From a virus, in the IMG/VR virus record IMGVR_UViG_3300035698_006802, positions 1 to 64,000 of that record: a stretch of 64,000 bases of DNA. One strand, given 5' to 3'. Positions within the stretch are counted from its first letter, which is position 1. Each line of letters opens with the position of its first letter. The notes under the pieces were generated by a model. The model made no database searches. It saw only the letters and a list, made by a program, of their open reading frames with translations, and was not told the origin of the DNA. Shown piece after piece: positions 45,786 to 55,042 of this stretch. The position numbers and the translations under genes are program-made.

Positions 45786-47101
45786 AGCCAGTAATTCTCT
45801 CTCCTGGGATCGGTGATGATCGCCCAGAGGCTCGCCTCTACTATGGGCAGGATGTCAGGAAGACCTTGAGAGGGCTTCCCGAGGGGTCTGTCCACACGGT
45901 CTGCACTTCTCCCCCCTACTGGGGTCTCAGGGACTATGGTTCTGATGGTCAGCTAGGTTCTGAGCCTACTCCCGAGGGATTTGTGGAGAACATAGTTGAA
46001 GTGTTCAGGGAGGTTGCACGTGTCTTGAGGACTGATGGCACTGTCTGGCTCAACCTTGGGGACAGCTACACATCTGGTGGAAGGGTGGGGCACGGGACAA
46101 GGGTAGGCTTCAAACAACAGACCAACCGTGGGATGAATGGCACGAACGACCCACAAGGACCTGCCCAACCCCCGGGGCTCAAGCCCAAGGATCTCGTCGG
46201 GATCCCCTGGCGTGCAGCCCTCGCCCTCCAGGCAGACGGTTGGTATCTCCGGTCCGAGATCATCTGGTACAAGCGAAACGCGATGCCAGAGAGTGCAAAG
46301 GACCGCTGCACAGGGTGCCACGAACATGTGTTCATGCTGGCACACCCGAAGTCCAAGGGTCGGTATTTCTACGACAACGAAGCTGTGCAGGAGCGTGCCA
46401 TCTGGGCAGGTGATGACCGAGGGTCCCGACCTGATGCTCGCCGTGGAACAGAGTGCAATGCCATGCACTCCAAGACGGGGGATTGGAAGAACAAGCGAGA
46501 TGTGTGGGATGTCCCCACTTCTCCCTACGGGGGAGCCCACTTCGCAGTCTGGCCTACGAAGCTCGTTGAGCCGATGATCAAGGCGGCTACGAGTGGGCAC
46601 GGAGTGTGCTCTGACTGTGGTGTTCCCTGGGCACGAGTCACCGGACGCCCCTGCCAATCCTGTGGGGAGTTGATTCGCACTCAAGGCAATTCGTGCACCC
46701 ACTGTAAACATGTCAACGACTGGAAGTCCGAGCGGACTCCACCAGAGGCTCTGGGTTCTACGGAATGGTCTGGTAAAGGGCGCACCACACCCCGAAAGGT
46801 CAATGTAGATTCTGGCAAGGAAGCAACCCTTGGGTTGAGCAAGACCATCTCTGTAGGCTGGGAGCCTACTTGTGCCTGTGAAGGTGCTGGGCTGTCCAGA
46901 GCTGTCGTCCTGGATCCCTTCTCTGGATCAGCCACCACGGGGCTGGTTGCCCTGAAGTTGGGTAGGGACTACATCGGTGTAGACCTGCAGACCGACTACC
47001 TCCCTTTGGCACAGTCCCGGGTTCGGGGAGAGAAGGCTCCAAAGCCACCTGAAGACGTAGATGGTGAAGACGTGCTCGATTTCTTTGGGGGTGGTGAGTG
47101 A
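45782..47101 (+). CDS. N4-C/N6-A DNA methyltransferase (beta class), copy 1
   Basis: TSPPYWGLRDY, WLNLGDSY, HFAVWP, LDPFSGSATTG. Confidence 0.93.
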   Translation: MKPVILSPGIGDDRPEARLYYGQDVRKTLRGLPEGSVHTVCTSPPYWGLRDYGSDGQLGSEPTPEGFVENIVEVFREVARVLRTDGTVWLNLGDSYTSGGRVGHGTRVGFKQQTNRGMNGTNDPQGPAQPPGLKPKDLVGIPWRAALALQADGWYLRSEIIWYKRNAMPESAKDRCTGCHEHVFMLAHPKSKGRYFYDNEAVQERAIWAGDDRGSRPDARRGTECNAMHSKTGDWKNKRDVWDVPTSPYGGAHFAVWPTKLVEPMIKAATSGHGVCSDCGVPWARVTGRPCQSCGELIRTQGNSCTHCKHVNDWKSERTPPEALGSTEWSGKGRTTPRKVNVDSGKEATLGLSKTISVGWEPTCACEGAGLSRAVVLDPFSGSATTGLVALKLGRDYIGVDLQTDYLPLAQSRVRGEKAPKPPEDVDGEDVLDFFGGGE

Positions 47102-48396
47102 AGCCAGTAATCCTGTCACCAGGGCTTGGGGACGAGCGTCCTAAAGCCCGTCTCTACTACGGGCAGGATGTTCGGGAGACCCTGTGCGAGCTTCCTGAGG
47201 GATCTGTCCACACGGTCTGCACCTCACCTCCCTACTGGGGCCTTCGGGACTACCAAGTGGAGGGTCAGATTGGCCTTGAACCTTCCCCAGACAGGTATGT
47301 TGAGGAAATCGTGCAGGTGTTCCGAGAGGTTGCACGTGTCTTGAGGACAGACGGCACCCTTTGGTTGAATCTGGGTGACAGTTACCAGAACAGTAAGGGT
47401 ATGGCAGGGGGTGCAAAGAAGTATCAGACAGGGGAGCACACAGTCGACAAGAAGAACGCGGCCCGGCGTTTTGGGCTTCGACCCAACGATGTTCCGATTC
47501 CCGGACTCAAGCCCAAGGATCTCGTTGGGATCCCTTGGCGTGTTGCTCTTGCCCTCCAGGCAGATGGTTGGTACCTCCGGTCAGACATCATCTGGACCAA
47601 GACATCCGTGATGCCAGAGTCTGTGCGGGACCGCCCCACGAAGGCACATGAGTACGTGTTCCTGTTTGCCCATCCCGACAGTGGTGGCAGGTATTTCTAC
47701 GACACAGAGGCGGTGAGGGAACCTTGCACACAGGGGTCTATCCTGGATATCCAGCGGAGATCTCCCGAGTCTCGCAAGACGGATCATGGGGGGTCCCGTG
47801 TGGACATGGGTGATCGTCCTCGCACTGCATATGTTCGGCAGGATTACACCCGGAACAAGCGGACGGTCTGGAGCGTGAACCCCACTCCCTATGCGGGGGC
47901 CCACTTCGCCGTGTGGCCTCCGAAGCTCGTGGAGCCCATGATCAAGGCAGGGACATCCGAGAAGGGTGTTTGTTCAAAATGTGGTGCTCCTCACAGGCGG
48001 GTGCTGGAGAAAGGGGCAGTCGTGAGTACAGGAGGCTCTGACAAGGGCTCTCGTGCTTCGAACATGGGGCAGGTCTCCCCCCTTGGCCAAGACCCCTCCT
48101 CAGGGGCATACAACACCGGGAACATGGTTCAACGAGAGCACATCACCACAGGATGGGAACCCACCTGTGCATGTGAAGGTGCTGATCTGTCCAGAGCTGT
48201 GGTGCTCGATCCCTTCTCTGGATCAGCTACCACGGGCATGGTCGCTCTGGATCTGGGTCGGGACTATATCGGGATCGACTTGCAGGAAGACTATCTCCCT
48301 CTAGCACAGGCCCGAATTCGAGGGGAGAGGGCTCCACAGGAGCCTGAAGACGTAGATGGAGACGACGTGTTCGATCTCTTTGGGGGTGGTGAGTGA
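47098..48396 (+). CDS. N4-C/N6-A DNA methyltransferase (beta class), copy 2
   Basis: Same motifs; paralog of copy 1. Confidence 0.93.
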   Translation: MKPVILSPGLGDERPKARLYYGQDVRETLCELPEGSVHTVCTSPPYWGLRDYQVEGQIGLEPSPDRYVEEIVQVFREVARVLRTDGTLWLNLGDSYQNSKGMAGGAKKYQTGEHTVDKKNAARRFGLRPNDVPIPGLKPKDLVGIPWRVALALQADGWYLRSDIIWTKTSVMPESVRDRPTKAHEYVFLFAHPDSGGRYFYDTEAVREPCTQGSILDIQRRSPESRKTDHGGSRVDMGDRPRTAYVRQDYTRNKRTVWSVNPTPYAGAHFAVWPPKLVEPMIKAGTSEKGVCSKCGAPHRRVLEKGAVVSTGGSDKGSRASNMGQVSPLGQDPSSGAYNTGNMVQREHITTGWEPTCACEGADLSRAVVLDPFSGSATTGMVALDLGRDYIGIDLQEDYLPLAQARIRGERAPQEPEDVDGDDVFDLFGGGE

Positions 48397-49355
48397 TCAA
48401 GCTTGTGTGGCGTACCGATGTGCATCTGTCGGATCAGTCCCCAGTGTCCAGGAAGGATGACTGGGTAGAGGCGGTGTTCCGCAAGCTAGAGCAGGTTCGT
48501 CTTGTTGCAACCAAGGTGAATGCTCATGCTGTTCTCGACGGGGGAGACTTCTTCCACGTCAAGAGTCCCAGCCGGAACTCTCACCGCATTGTGGAACGGG
48601 CTGCAACTCATCATGCGAACTACCCGTGCCCTGTCTACTGCACGCCGGGAAACCACGACTCTGTGTACGGGGACTATGGGTTCTTGGAGCAGCAGCCTCT
48701 CGGGGTCCTGTATGCCGCCGGTATCTTCAAACGGCTTTACGATGCACATGAGGCTGTGTTTGAGGAGGATGGCGTCAAGGTCCGTGTCGTAGGTGTTCCC
48801 TACCACGGCACTTCCTACGACATGGAAAGGTTCTCCTCGATCAAGAAGGGGGACGAAGACCACCTCGTAGCTGTCGCCCATGTGTTGGCTTCCCCTCAAG
48901 GGGGATCCATGTACGAGGGTGAGGACGTGCTCAAGTACAGTGACCTCGCCCAGTTTGCCCCCGATGTTTGGCTGACGGGCCACTGGCACAAGGATCAGGG
49001 CATCCAGAGGGTCGGCGGGAAGCAGTTCGTGAACATCGGAGCATTGACCCGAGGGTCCCTGTCAAAGGATGACCTGGAGCGTCGTCCGGGCATTGCTTTG
49101 CTGTCGTTCACTGCAGATGATTGCAAGGTTCAGATTGCACGTCTGCGGGTGAGTCCTGCTGAAGACGTGTTCGACCTGGATGCCAAGGTCCGTGCAGAGG
49201 CTCGGACAATGACGGTGGATGCCTTTGTTGCGTCTGTTGAGAGTGCCCTGGGGAAGAACAACACCGGATCCCTGACGGATCTGGTGGACGGCATGGCATC
49301 AGTGCCGGAGAAGGTGCGGGAACGTGCCCTCCTCTGTCTGGAGAAGGCACCGTAG
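48393..49355 (+). CDS. SbcD/Mre11-like nuclease
   Basis: TDVH, GGDFF, GNHD, GHWH, NIGAL.R. Confidence 0.88.
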   Translation: MIKLVWRTDVHLSDQSPVSRKDDWVEAVFRKLEQVRLVATKVNAHAVLDGGDFFHVKSPSRNSHRIVERAATHHANYPCPVYCTPGNHDSVYGDYGFLEQQPLGVLYAAGIFKRLYDAHEAVFEEDGVKVRVVGVPYHGTSYDMERFSSIKKGDEDHLVAVAHVLASPQGGSMYEGEDVLKYSDLAQFAPDVWLTGHWHKDQGIQRVGGKQFVNIGALTRGSLSKDDLERRPGIALLSFTADDCKVQIARLRVSPAEDVFDLDAKVRAEARTMTVDAFVASVESALGKNNTGSLTDLVDGMASVPEKVRERALLCLEKAP

Positions 49356-49457
49356 TTCGGAATGGAAGACCAACACGTTCTCAAAATTGGAGACAAGCAC
49401 TGGCTACAAGGCTCTGGTTGACCTTGTGTCGGTATACTGTCCTGCTAGGAGTTTCAC

Positions 49458-50417
49458 ATGGCCCGCAAGTTCACATTGTATTGGAGCAGCCTGGACAGAT
49501 ACGAGCATTGCCCCCTAGGGTTTCTTTGGAATCGAGGGTGGGGGAACATTGATGTGGGTGGTGGCCCTGGAAAGGGCAAACCGAAACCCCTCCGATCAAG
49601 CCGTCACCATGCAGTGATGGGCATCGTGATTCAGGGTGTCATCGAACGCATGTACAACGATGAGCTGTGGCGTGAGCCCCGGGGTCTGAAGGACCGCCTT
49701 CTCAAGATGGTGGATAAGGAGTGGGAGTACCAGACCCGAAAGAAGTGGAACTGGATCGACTACCGCGTTGCGGGCACCAAGAGGGAGATGCTCAAGGTGT
49801 GCAAGGACGGTGTCGGTGGCTACCTGCGGACGATGAAGCAACACAAGCTCCTGGGAGAGTACAGCCGGGGCGAGGTCGAGCTGCTGGGTTGGGTCAACCA
49901 GTACAACCCTGTGGGGGGTCGTGCTGATGTGATTCTCCGGAGAAAGGACACAGGGATCACGATCCTGGACGGCAAGAACGCCAAGTCCAAAGGCAAGTAC
50001 ACGCACCCTGACCAGCTCCGTTGGTATGCCCTCCTGTTCCATCTGGCATACCGCCAGCTTCCTGACCGGATCGGGTTCAACTACTTCCGCTACCCCTACG
50101 GGGAACCCATTCTCGGTGAGGACGGCAATCAGCTCATCGGGGAAGATGGCAAGCCCGAGATCGAGGAAGGGGTGGAGTGGGTTGAATTCACGAAGGACGA
50201 CTTGCGTGGCTTGGCTCACCGTGCCGTGGAAGCCCGTAGAGGGATGGACAAGGAAGAGTTCAACCCGACACCGAAGCCCGCATATTGCCGGTGGTGTGAC
50301 TACGAGACGATCTGTGAGGCACGGCAGGCACAGAAGGAGAAGAATCGTGGGCGTAGGAAGGCAAAGACCGTCGAAGGCGTCACAGGCGCAGGGGGTTTTG
50401 TTGACCTGGAATTCTAG
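49458..50417 (+). CDS. PD-(D/E)XK nuclease (RecB/Cas4-like, possible Fe-S)
   Basis: YEHCP, GRADV, ILDGK, QLRWYA, CRWCDYETIC. Confidence 0.85.
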   Translation: MARKFTLYWSSLDRYEHCPLGFLWNRGWGNIDVGGGPGKGKPKPLRSSRHHAVMGIVIQGVIERMYNDELWREPRGLKDRLLKMVDKEWEYQTRKKWNWIDYRVAGTKREMLKVCKDGVGGYLRTMKQHKLLGEYSRGEVELLGWVNQYNPVGGRADVILRRKDTGITILDGKNAKSKGKYTHPDQLRWYALLFHLAYRQLPDRIGFNYFRYPYGEPILGEDGNQLIGEDGKPEIEEGVEWVEFTKDDLRGLAHRAVEARRGMDKEEFNPTPKPAYCRWCDYETICEARQAQKEKNRGRRKAKTVEGVTGAGGFVDLEF

Positions 50418-50468
50418 GGGGGCTCCCTTTCAAGTGGTGGGGGTATCTCCAACGAGGAGGACAGCATC

Positions 50469-50738
50469 GTGCAGACCCTAGACGAACGCTTGGACACTGC
50501 CATCCAGGCCAGGAACGACGTGGAGGCATCTGTTCAGCGGATTGGGGGCAAGCTCGAAGCAGCCCGCACATCCCTGGCAGCAGTCGAGACAGAATGCAGA
50601 GAGAAGGATCTTGATCCCGACAAGCTGGATGAGATCGTGAAGAAACTTGCGGAGCGGTACCAGTTGCTGGTTGAGCAGCTGGAAGAAGATGTTGAGAAAG
50701 CCAACGTCGCCCTCTCCCCCTTTTTGACGGAGAACTGA
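50469..50738 (+). CDS. small coiled-coil protein
   Basis: GAGGAGG RBS; heptad pattern. Confidence 0.7.
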   Translation: MQTLDERLDTAIQARNDVEASVQRIGGKLEAARTSLAAVETECREKDLDPDKLDEIVKKLAERYQLLVEQLEEDVEKANVALSPFLTEN

Positions 50739-50739
50739 T

Positions 50740-51915
50740 ATGCGGATCGTGATTCCGAGGAAGAACCTGGAAGCTGCCCTGCGTGTGGCTGACATCAGTG
50801 TCAACAGTGGTGAGGGGTCGGAAGTGACATCTCACTTCCTGTTTCGCATCTACAAGGGTGTGGCCCAGGTTCTGAGTCAGAGCCAAAGTGTTTGTGCGTT
50901 GGTCCCTCTCGTCTGTGAATTTGAGGGGGAAGAAGGAGATGCCTTCACCATGGAGGCCAAGCGCCTCATGGGGTGGGTGAAGCCGGGCAAGGAGCGGGAC
51001 ATCACCCTGGAGACCACAAAGGATCCCGGAGAGGTGAGGCTCGGTTGTGCCCAGAACACGATTCACTGCCAGAGCCTGAGTCCCACAACCTTCACCACCT
51101 GGGATGGCACTCTTGCGAAAGCAGATGTCGTTGCAGAGGGTGTGGATTCCGGGCGTCTGACCATGTCCTTCGGCTACGGCCAGCACTTCGTCTTTGACGG
51201 GCAGACCACGATGCCCCAGGTCTCACAGATCGAGGTCATGGATGGTACCATCTGGAGTACGGACCGCAAGGCCGTCTCACTGGTGACCCTGGCTGATGCA
51301 GTGGGTGAGGATGCGGAGGGAGATCCCACGGTGACCCTCGCCAAGGCAGAGAGCCGCATTATCGGCAAGGATGTCGCATCCGTAGTCAAGTTCTTCTCCC
51401 TGAAGGAGACTGAATTTGTGGATGTGCTGCAGCATGAAAGGGCTGTCTACTACCGGCGCAAGTCTGATGGTGCCACCTTCGGAGCTACACGCCCCCTGAA
51501 CCCCTTCCCGACTCTGAATGTCCCGAAGGACGGGGAAGATGAGATCACCTGGGAGATCCCCTCCGCTGAGGTGACTGATGGCATTCAGTACCTGTGCTCT
51601 GCTGCCGCATGGGGGAATAGCCGTATGCGATTCACCTATGATGCAGAAACCAACAAGGTCATCCTTGGGGTGGAGTCTCTCACGGGAAGGATCGATGTCC
51701 ACTCTGTGAGCGTCCTGAAGCAGAGCAATGCGGACAAGCTTCCCTCTGGAGGCTTCTGGATGGACTACATCTACGTCAAGAAGATCATCCAGCACTTCAA
51801 GGAGAAGAAGTCCATCATCTTCGGTGTCAACCAGCGTGCCGGCAAGGGCTACGTCCGGTTCCGCCATCACGAAGGTGAGGACGTGTACCTAACCGTGGTG
51901 GTGTGGGTCTCCTGA
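50740..51915 (+). CDS. dnaN: DNA polymerase III beta clamp-like protein
   Basis: 391 aa; MRIVIPRKNLEAAL start, STDRKAVS, FP motif; context with holA/holB/dnaX. Confidence 0.65.
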   Translation: MRIVIPRKNLEAALRVADISVNSGEGSEVTSHFLFRIYKGVAQVLSQSQSVCALVPLVCEFEGEEGDAFTMEAKRLMGWVKPGKERDITLETTKDPGEVRLGCAQNTIHCQSLSPTTFTTWDGTLAKADVVAEGVDSGRLTMSFGYGQHFVFDGQTTMPQVSQIEVMDGTIWSTDRKAVSLVTLADAVGEDAEGDPTVTLAKAESRIIGKDVASVVKFFSLKETEFVDVLQHERAVYYRRKSDGATFGATRPLNPFPTLNVPKDGEDEITWEIPSAEVTDGIQYLCSAAAWGNSRMRFTYDAETNKVILGVESLTGRIDVHSVSVLKQSNADKLPSGGFWMDYIYVKKIIQHFKEKKSIIFGVNQRAGKGYVRFRHHEGEDVYLTVVVWVS

Positions 51916-52559
51916 TGCTTTCCCCTCTCCCAACCGCTGCTGTCCAAGACTTGCGATCCCGGCTCTCAAAGGCACAGGGTCATCGAGACTCTGTGAGCAC
52001 GCGGTTGGGGAAGGTGAAGACGGAGATTCAGGGGCAGGAAGCAGAGAACGAGCTGTTGCAGCTCGTTTGTGAGCTGTTCCGTGCCCTGATTGACAACGAG
52101 GTCACAGAGAACGCTCAAGCCGTAGAGCGTCTGCTGACTGAGGGACTCCAAGCTGTCTACGAGGACATGGACCTTCAGGTGAAGGCCAAGATCGAAGTAC
52201 AACGGGGCAAGGTCTCCGTGGACTTGATCACGGTACAGACAGAGGGTGACGGCACAGTCACAGAGGGTAGTGCCATTGACGCCTATGGCGGGTCTGTCTC
52301 TACAATGGAGTCGATCCTGCTTAGGATTATCGTGGTTCTCATCCGAGGGATGCGCCCGATACTCCTCCTTGATGAGTCTATGGCTGCTGTGGCAGACCAG
52401 TACGTTCCGAATGTTGGGAAGTTCCTGTCTCTCCTGTGCAACAGGCTCAACATGGACGTTCTAGCAGTGACCCACAATCAGGTGCTTGTCGAGGCAGCAG
52501 ATCGGGCATACCGGATCCGCAAGGTGGCAGGAGCTGCAACGTTCAAGGAGCTTCGATGA
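51915..52559 (+). CDS. SbcC/Rad50-like ATPase, C-terminal half
   Basis: Coiled coil, signature-like YGGS, Walker B ILLLDE, H-loop VTH, ADRAY. Confidence 0.85.
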   Translation: MLSPLPTAAVQDLRSRLSKAQGHRDSVSTRLGKVKTEIQGQEAENELLQLVCELFRALIDNEVTENAQAVERLLTEGLQAVYEDMDLQVKAKIEVQRGKVSVDLITVQTEGDGTVTEGSAIDAYGGSVSTMESILLRIIVVLIRGMRPILLLDESMAAVADQYVPNVGKFLSLLCNRLNMDVLAVTHNQVLVEAADRAYRIRKVAGAATFKELR

Positions 52560-53248
52560 AAGATCCAGGGTCCGTTCGGCAACAGATCAAGCAGGTTCAG
52601 TTTCGGTACCTCAAGCAGCGCCTGAAGGGCCGCCTTCGGGTTGTCCCCCAAAACTGCACCCACAATGCTCTCATTCAAAACCCGCCTAGAAGGATCTGCA
52701 CCAAGCTGCTCAATGAGGGTGCATCCGATGTGGGGTGTGAGGAGTGTGAGGGCATGAACCGGGCTCCCACATGCGAGTGGTTCAAGGTTCGGCGCACGAA
52801 GGAAGACCTCAAGGAGGGCTTCAAGACGTTTCTGACATCTGCTACGTTGGCAGAGATTGCAGCAGAGTACCCCGACATCGCAGCTCTCTTGTGGGTCCTG
52901 CAAGAGGATGCTCCGAACCGGGACATCGAGATTGAGATCGAGGGTGAGGAGATCCATCTTCCCGAAGTTCAGATCAACGGGGTGACGGTGCAGGTGCGAG
53001 ACATCGAAGCACAGGCACATCTGGAGAAGTACCTCGTAGAGCAAAAGCAGCTCCAGGGGCGGACAGAAGGTGCCCTCCTGAAGGCGACTGCTATTGTTCA
53101 GGCATCTGAAATCAGAGTGAAAGCCCTAGAGGGAACCCAGAGCGACCTGACAGCGCGGCTCGTGTTGGCGACAAACCCTGTGTCCCAGCCCAATGCACCT
53201 GTTGAAGTGGTCAAACCCGTGAAGACATGGTGGTGGCCCTTTGAGTGA
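52556..53248 (+). CDS. hypothetical protein (Cys cluster, coiled coil)
   Basis: ATGA coupling. Confidence 0.65.
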   Translation: MKDPGSVRQQIKQVQFRYLKQRLKGRLRVVPQNCTHNALIQNPPRRICTKLLNEGASDVGCEECEGMNRAPTCEWFKVRRTKEDLKEGFKTFLTSATLAEIAAEYPDIAALLWVLQEDAPNRDIEIEIEGEEIHLPEVQINGVTVQVRDIEAQAHLEKYLVEQKQLQGRTEGALLKATAIVQASEIRVKALEGTQSDLTARLVLATNPVSQPNAPVEVVKPVKTWWWPFE

Positions 53249-53831
53249 TCTCTCTAGCAGCCTGTTGCAGGTGATTGTGAATGAGGACCGGGCTTCGAAG
53301 CGGGGACAGCCCCTCCTCATTGAGTTTCCGGTGAACCGGAATCTTGAGCCTTTCCTGGTCACGTCGTCCCAAGCAACCCTGTGGGTCAAAGCATTCCCCA
53401 ACGGGAAGGTGCGTTCAGCTTGGCGGAAGCTGGAGTCCCTAGATGCATACTTCCTGGAGGTAGTGAAGGCGGTTGTCGGTGAAGGTGTCCGCAGGGGTTG
53501 GGGGAATACTCACCCCTTGACGAAGGCCGGGGTGACGGCTGCTGTTGAGTACGTCCGAGGCTATGGCTTCGAGGAACTGGAAATCCTGGCTAATCCCGAA
53601 CTGCCCTGGCAGGAAGTAGACCCCGAGTGGGCAGTTGAGGACAACGGTCTCGTGTTGGCGGCCTTGGGTCTCCCCGTCCAACCTGCCCTGTGGCTCCCAC
53701 CCAACACCGTGGTGGTGGTTCCTCGAAACCGGGAGTATGTCGGATTCGTGCTCCTCCTCCAGCAGAGGATGGCATCCCTGGTACACAACGCAGCCCGTGG
53801 GATCGGGATCTCCACCTGGGGGCTTGAGTGA
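53241..53831 (+). CDS. hypothetical protein
   Basis: Coupled ORF in operon. Confidence 0.65.
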   Translation: MSDLSSSLLQVIVNEDRASKRGQPLLIEFPVNRNLEPFLVTSSQATLWVKAFPNGKVRSAWRKLESLDAYFLEVVKAVVGEGVRRGWGNTHPLTKAGVTAAVEYVRGYGFEELEILANPELPWQEVDPEWAVEDNGLVLAALGLPVQPALWLPPNTVVVVPRNREYVGFVLLLQQRMASLVHNAARGIGISTWGLE

Positions 53832-54550
53832 GGGCTTGGGTCCAGAGTGCTCTGGACACAGGCAGGGATCTGCCAGAGGAAGCTGAAGGCTACCTCCTCG
53901 GTAGGGGGATGCAGGAAGCCACTATCCACAGGCTGGGGATAGCTCTGTGGAAAACCCCACCAGGGACTGCCCCTGATCCCGTGTTCCGGGAGAAGTACAA
54001 GAAGGGCAGGTTCCTGCAGGACCGGCTTGTGTGCCCATTCCTGTCACCTCGTGGAGACCTTATCGGTTTTGAGGCACGGGCATGGGAAGGGAAGAAGCGG
54101 ATCAGCGGGTACCAGCTACCGAACACCGGGTGGAACCCTTTCTTCTTGGGCCTGACCCAAGAAGCTATGCAGAAGCTGTGGGATGGTGGGGATGTCTGGA
54201 TTGTGGAGGGGCTCTTTGATCTCGCCCCCCTGGAGCGTGTGGTCCCCGAGAAGGATGTCGTGCTAGCTACAGTGCGTGCCCGGCTGTCCTGGGATCATGT
54301 TGAGTTTCTACGTCGCATCCTCCAGCCCGGTGCCACTGCCCACATGGCTTATGACAACGATGAGACCGGGCAGAATCAGACACATGGGTGGACTGATGAC
54401 ACGGGGAAGTGGCGTAGGGGGGCTCTGGAAGCATTGCAGTGCGTAAGAGTGCCGTGTCGAGCCATCCGGTACACGGGTGGCAAGGATCCCGGTGAGATCT
54501 GGGACAGCGGCGGAATCCAAGGGCTGCGCAAGGCGTTCGCCCACATCTGA
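53828..54550 (+). CDS. DnaG-type primase catalytic/TOPRIM core (no Zn-binding domain)
   Basis: YLLGRG, DRLVCP, IGFEAR, IVEGLFD, YDNDETG, KDPGE. Confidence 0.85.
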   Translation: MRAWVQSALDTGRDLPEEAEGYLLGRGMQEATIHRLGIALWKTPPGTAPDPVFREKYKKGRFLQDRLVCPFLSPRGDLIGFEARAWEGKKRISGYQLPNTGWNPFFLGLTQEAMQKLWDGGDVWIVEGLFDLAPLERVVPEKDVVLATVRARLSWDHVEFLRRILQPGATAHMAYDNDETGQNQTHGWTDDTGKWRRGALEALQCVRVPCRAIRYTGGKDPGEIWDSGGIQGLRKAFAHI

Positions 54551-54559
54551 GGGAATTCA

Positions 54560-55027
54560 ATGGCAGTGGAATACTGGAAAGCAAAGAAGGACATCATGGA
54601 TGCAGTGCTGGCTCTTGTGGGTCAGAACCATCCGGATCTGGCACTGGTCAGCAGTGAGATCGTGGTCGTGTTCCGTGAGAAGGCCAGCAAGGCAGGCGGA
54701 ACCGTCGTTCTGGGTGCATCCAAGAAGGCAACGGCTCTTGCCAACGCCCTGGCGAATGCTGACTACAAGTTCATCCTGGAGCTGGCAGCAGATCAGTGGG
54801 AGGAGTTGGACTCCACGAAGCGTGAAGCCCTTCTTGACCACCTGCTCTGCGGGTGCCGTGTCGAGGAGGACCCCAAGTCGGGCAAGGTCAAGTACTTCAT
54901 CGCAAAGCCGGATGTGATGGCATACCACGACAATGTGGAGCGCTACGGCATGTGGTTCCCTCGTGGCGAGGACGATGATGCCGGCCCGAGTCCCGTGGAC
55001 GAGGTTTTCGGGGAAGACGAAGAGTAG
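54560..55027 (+). CDS. phage metallopeptidase-like protein (degenerate active site)
   Basis: W..L....REALLDHLLC...PDV......VERYG. Confidence 0.6.
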   Translation: MAVEYWKAKKDIMDAVLALVGQNHPDLALVSSEIVVVFREKASKAGGTVVLGASKKATALANALANADYKFILELAADQWEELDSTKREALLDHLLCGCRVEEDPKSGKVKYFIAKPDVMAYHDNVERYGMWFPRGEDDDAGPSPVDEVFGEDEE

Positions 55028-55042
55028 CCCCAGGAGCAATAG

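Noticed and set aside
49458-50417. Cas4 as evidence of a CRISPR-Cas system
   Set aside because: No cas1/cas2 or array; stand-alone PD-(D/E)XK nucleases are common in phage replication modules
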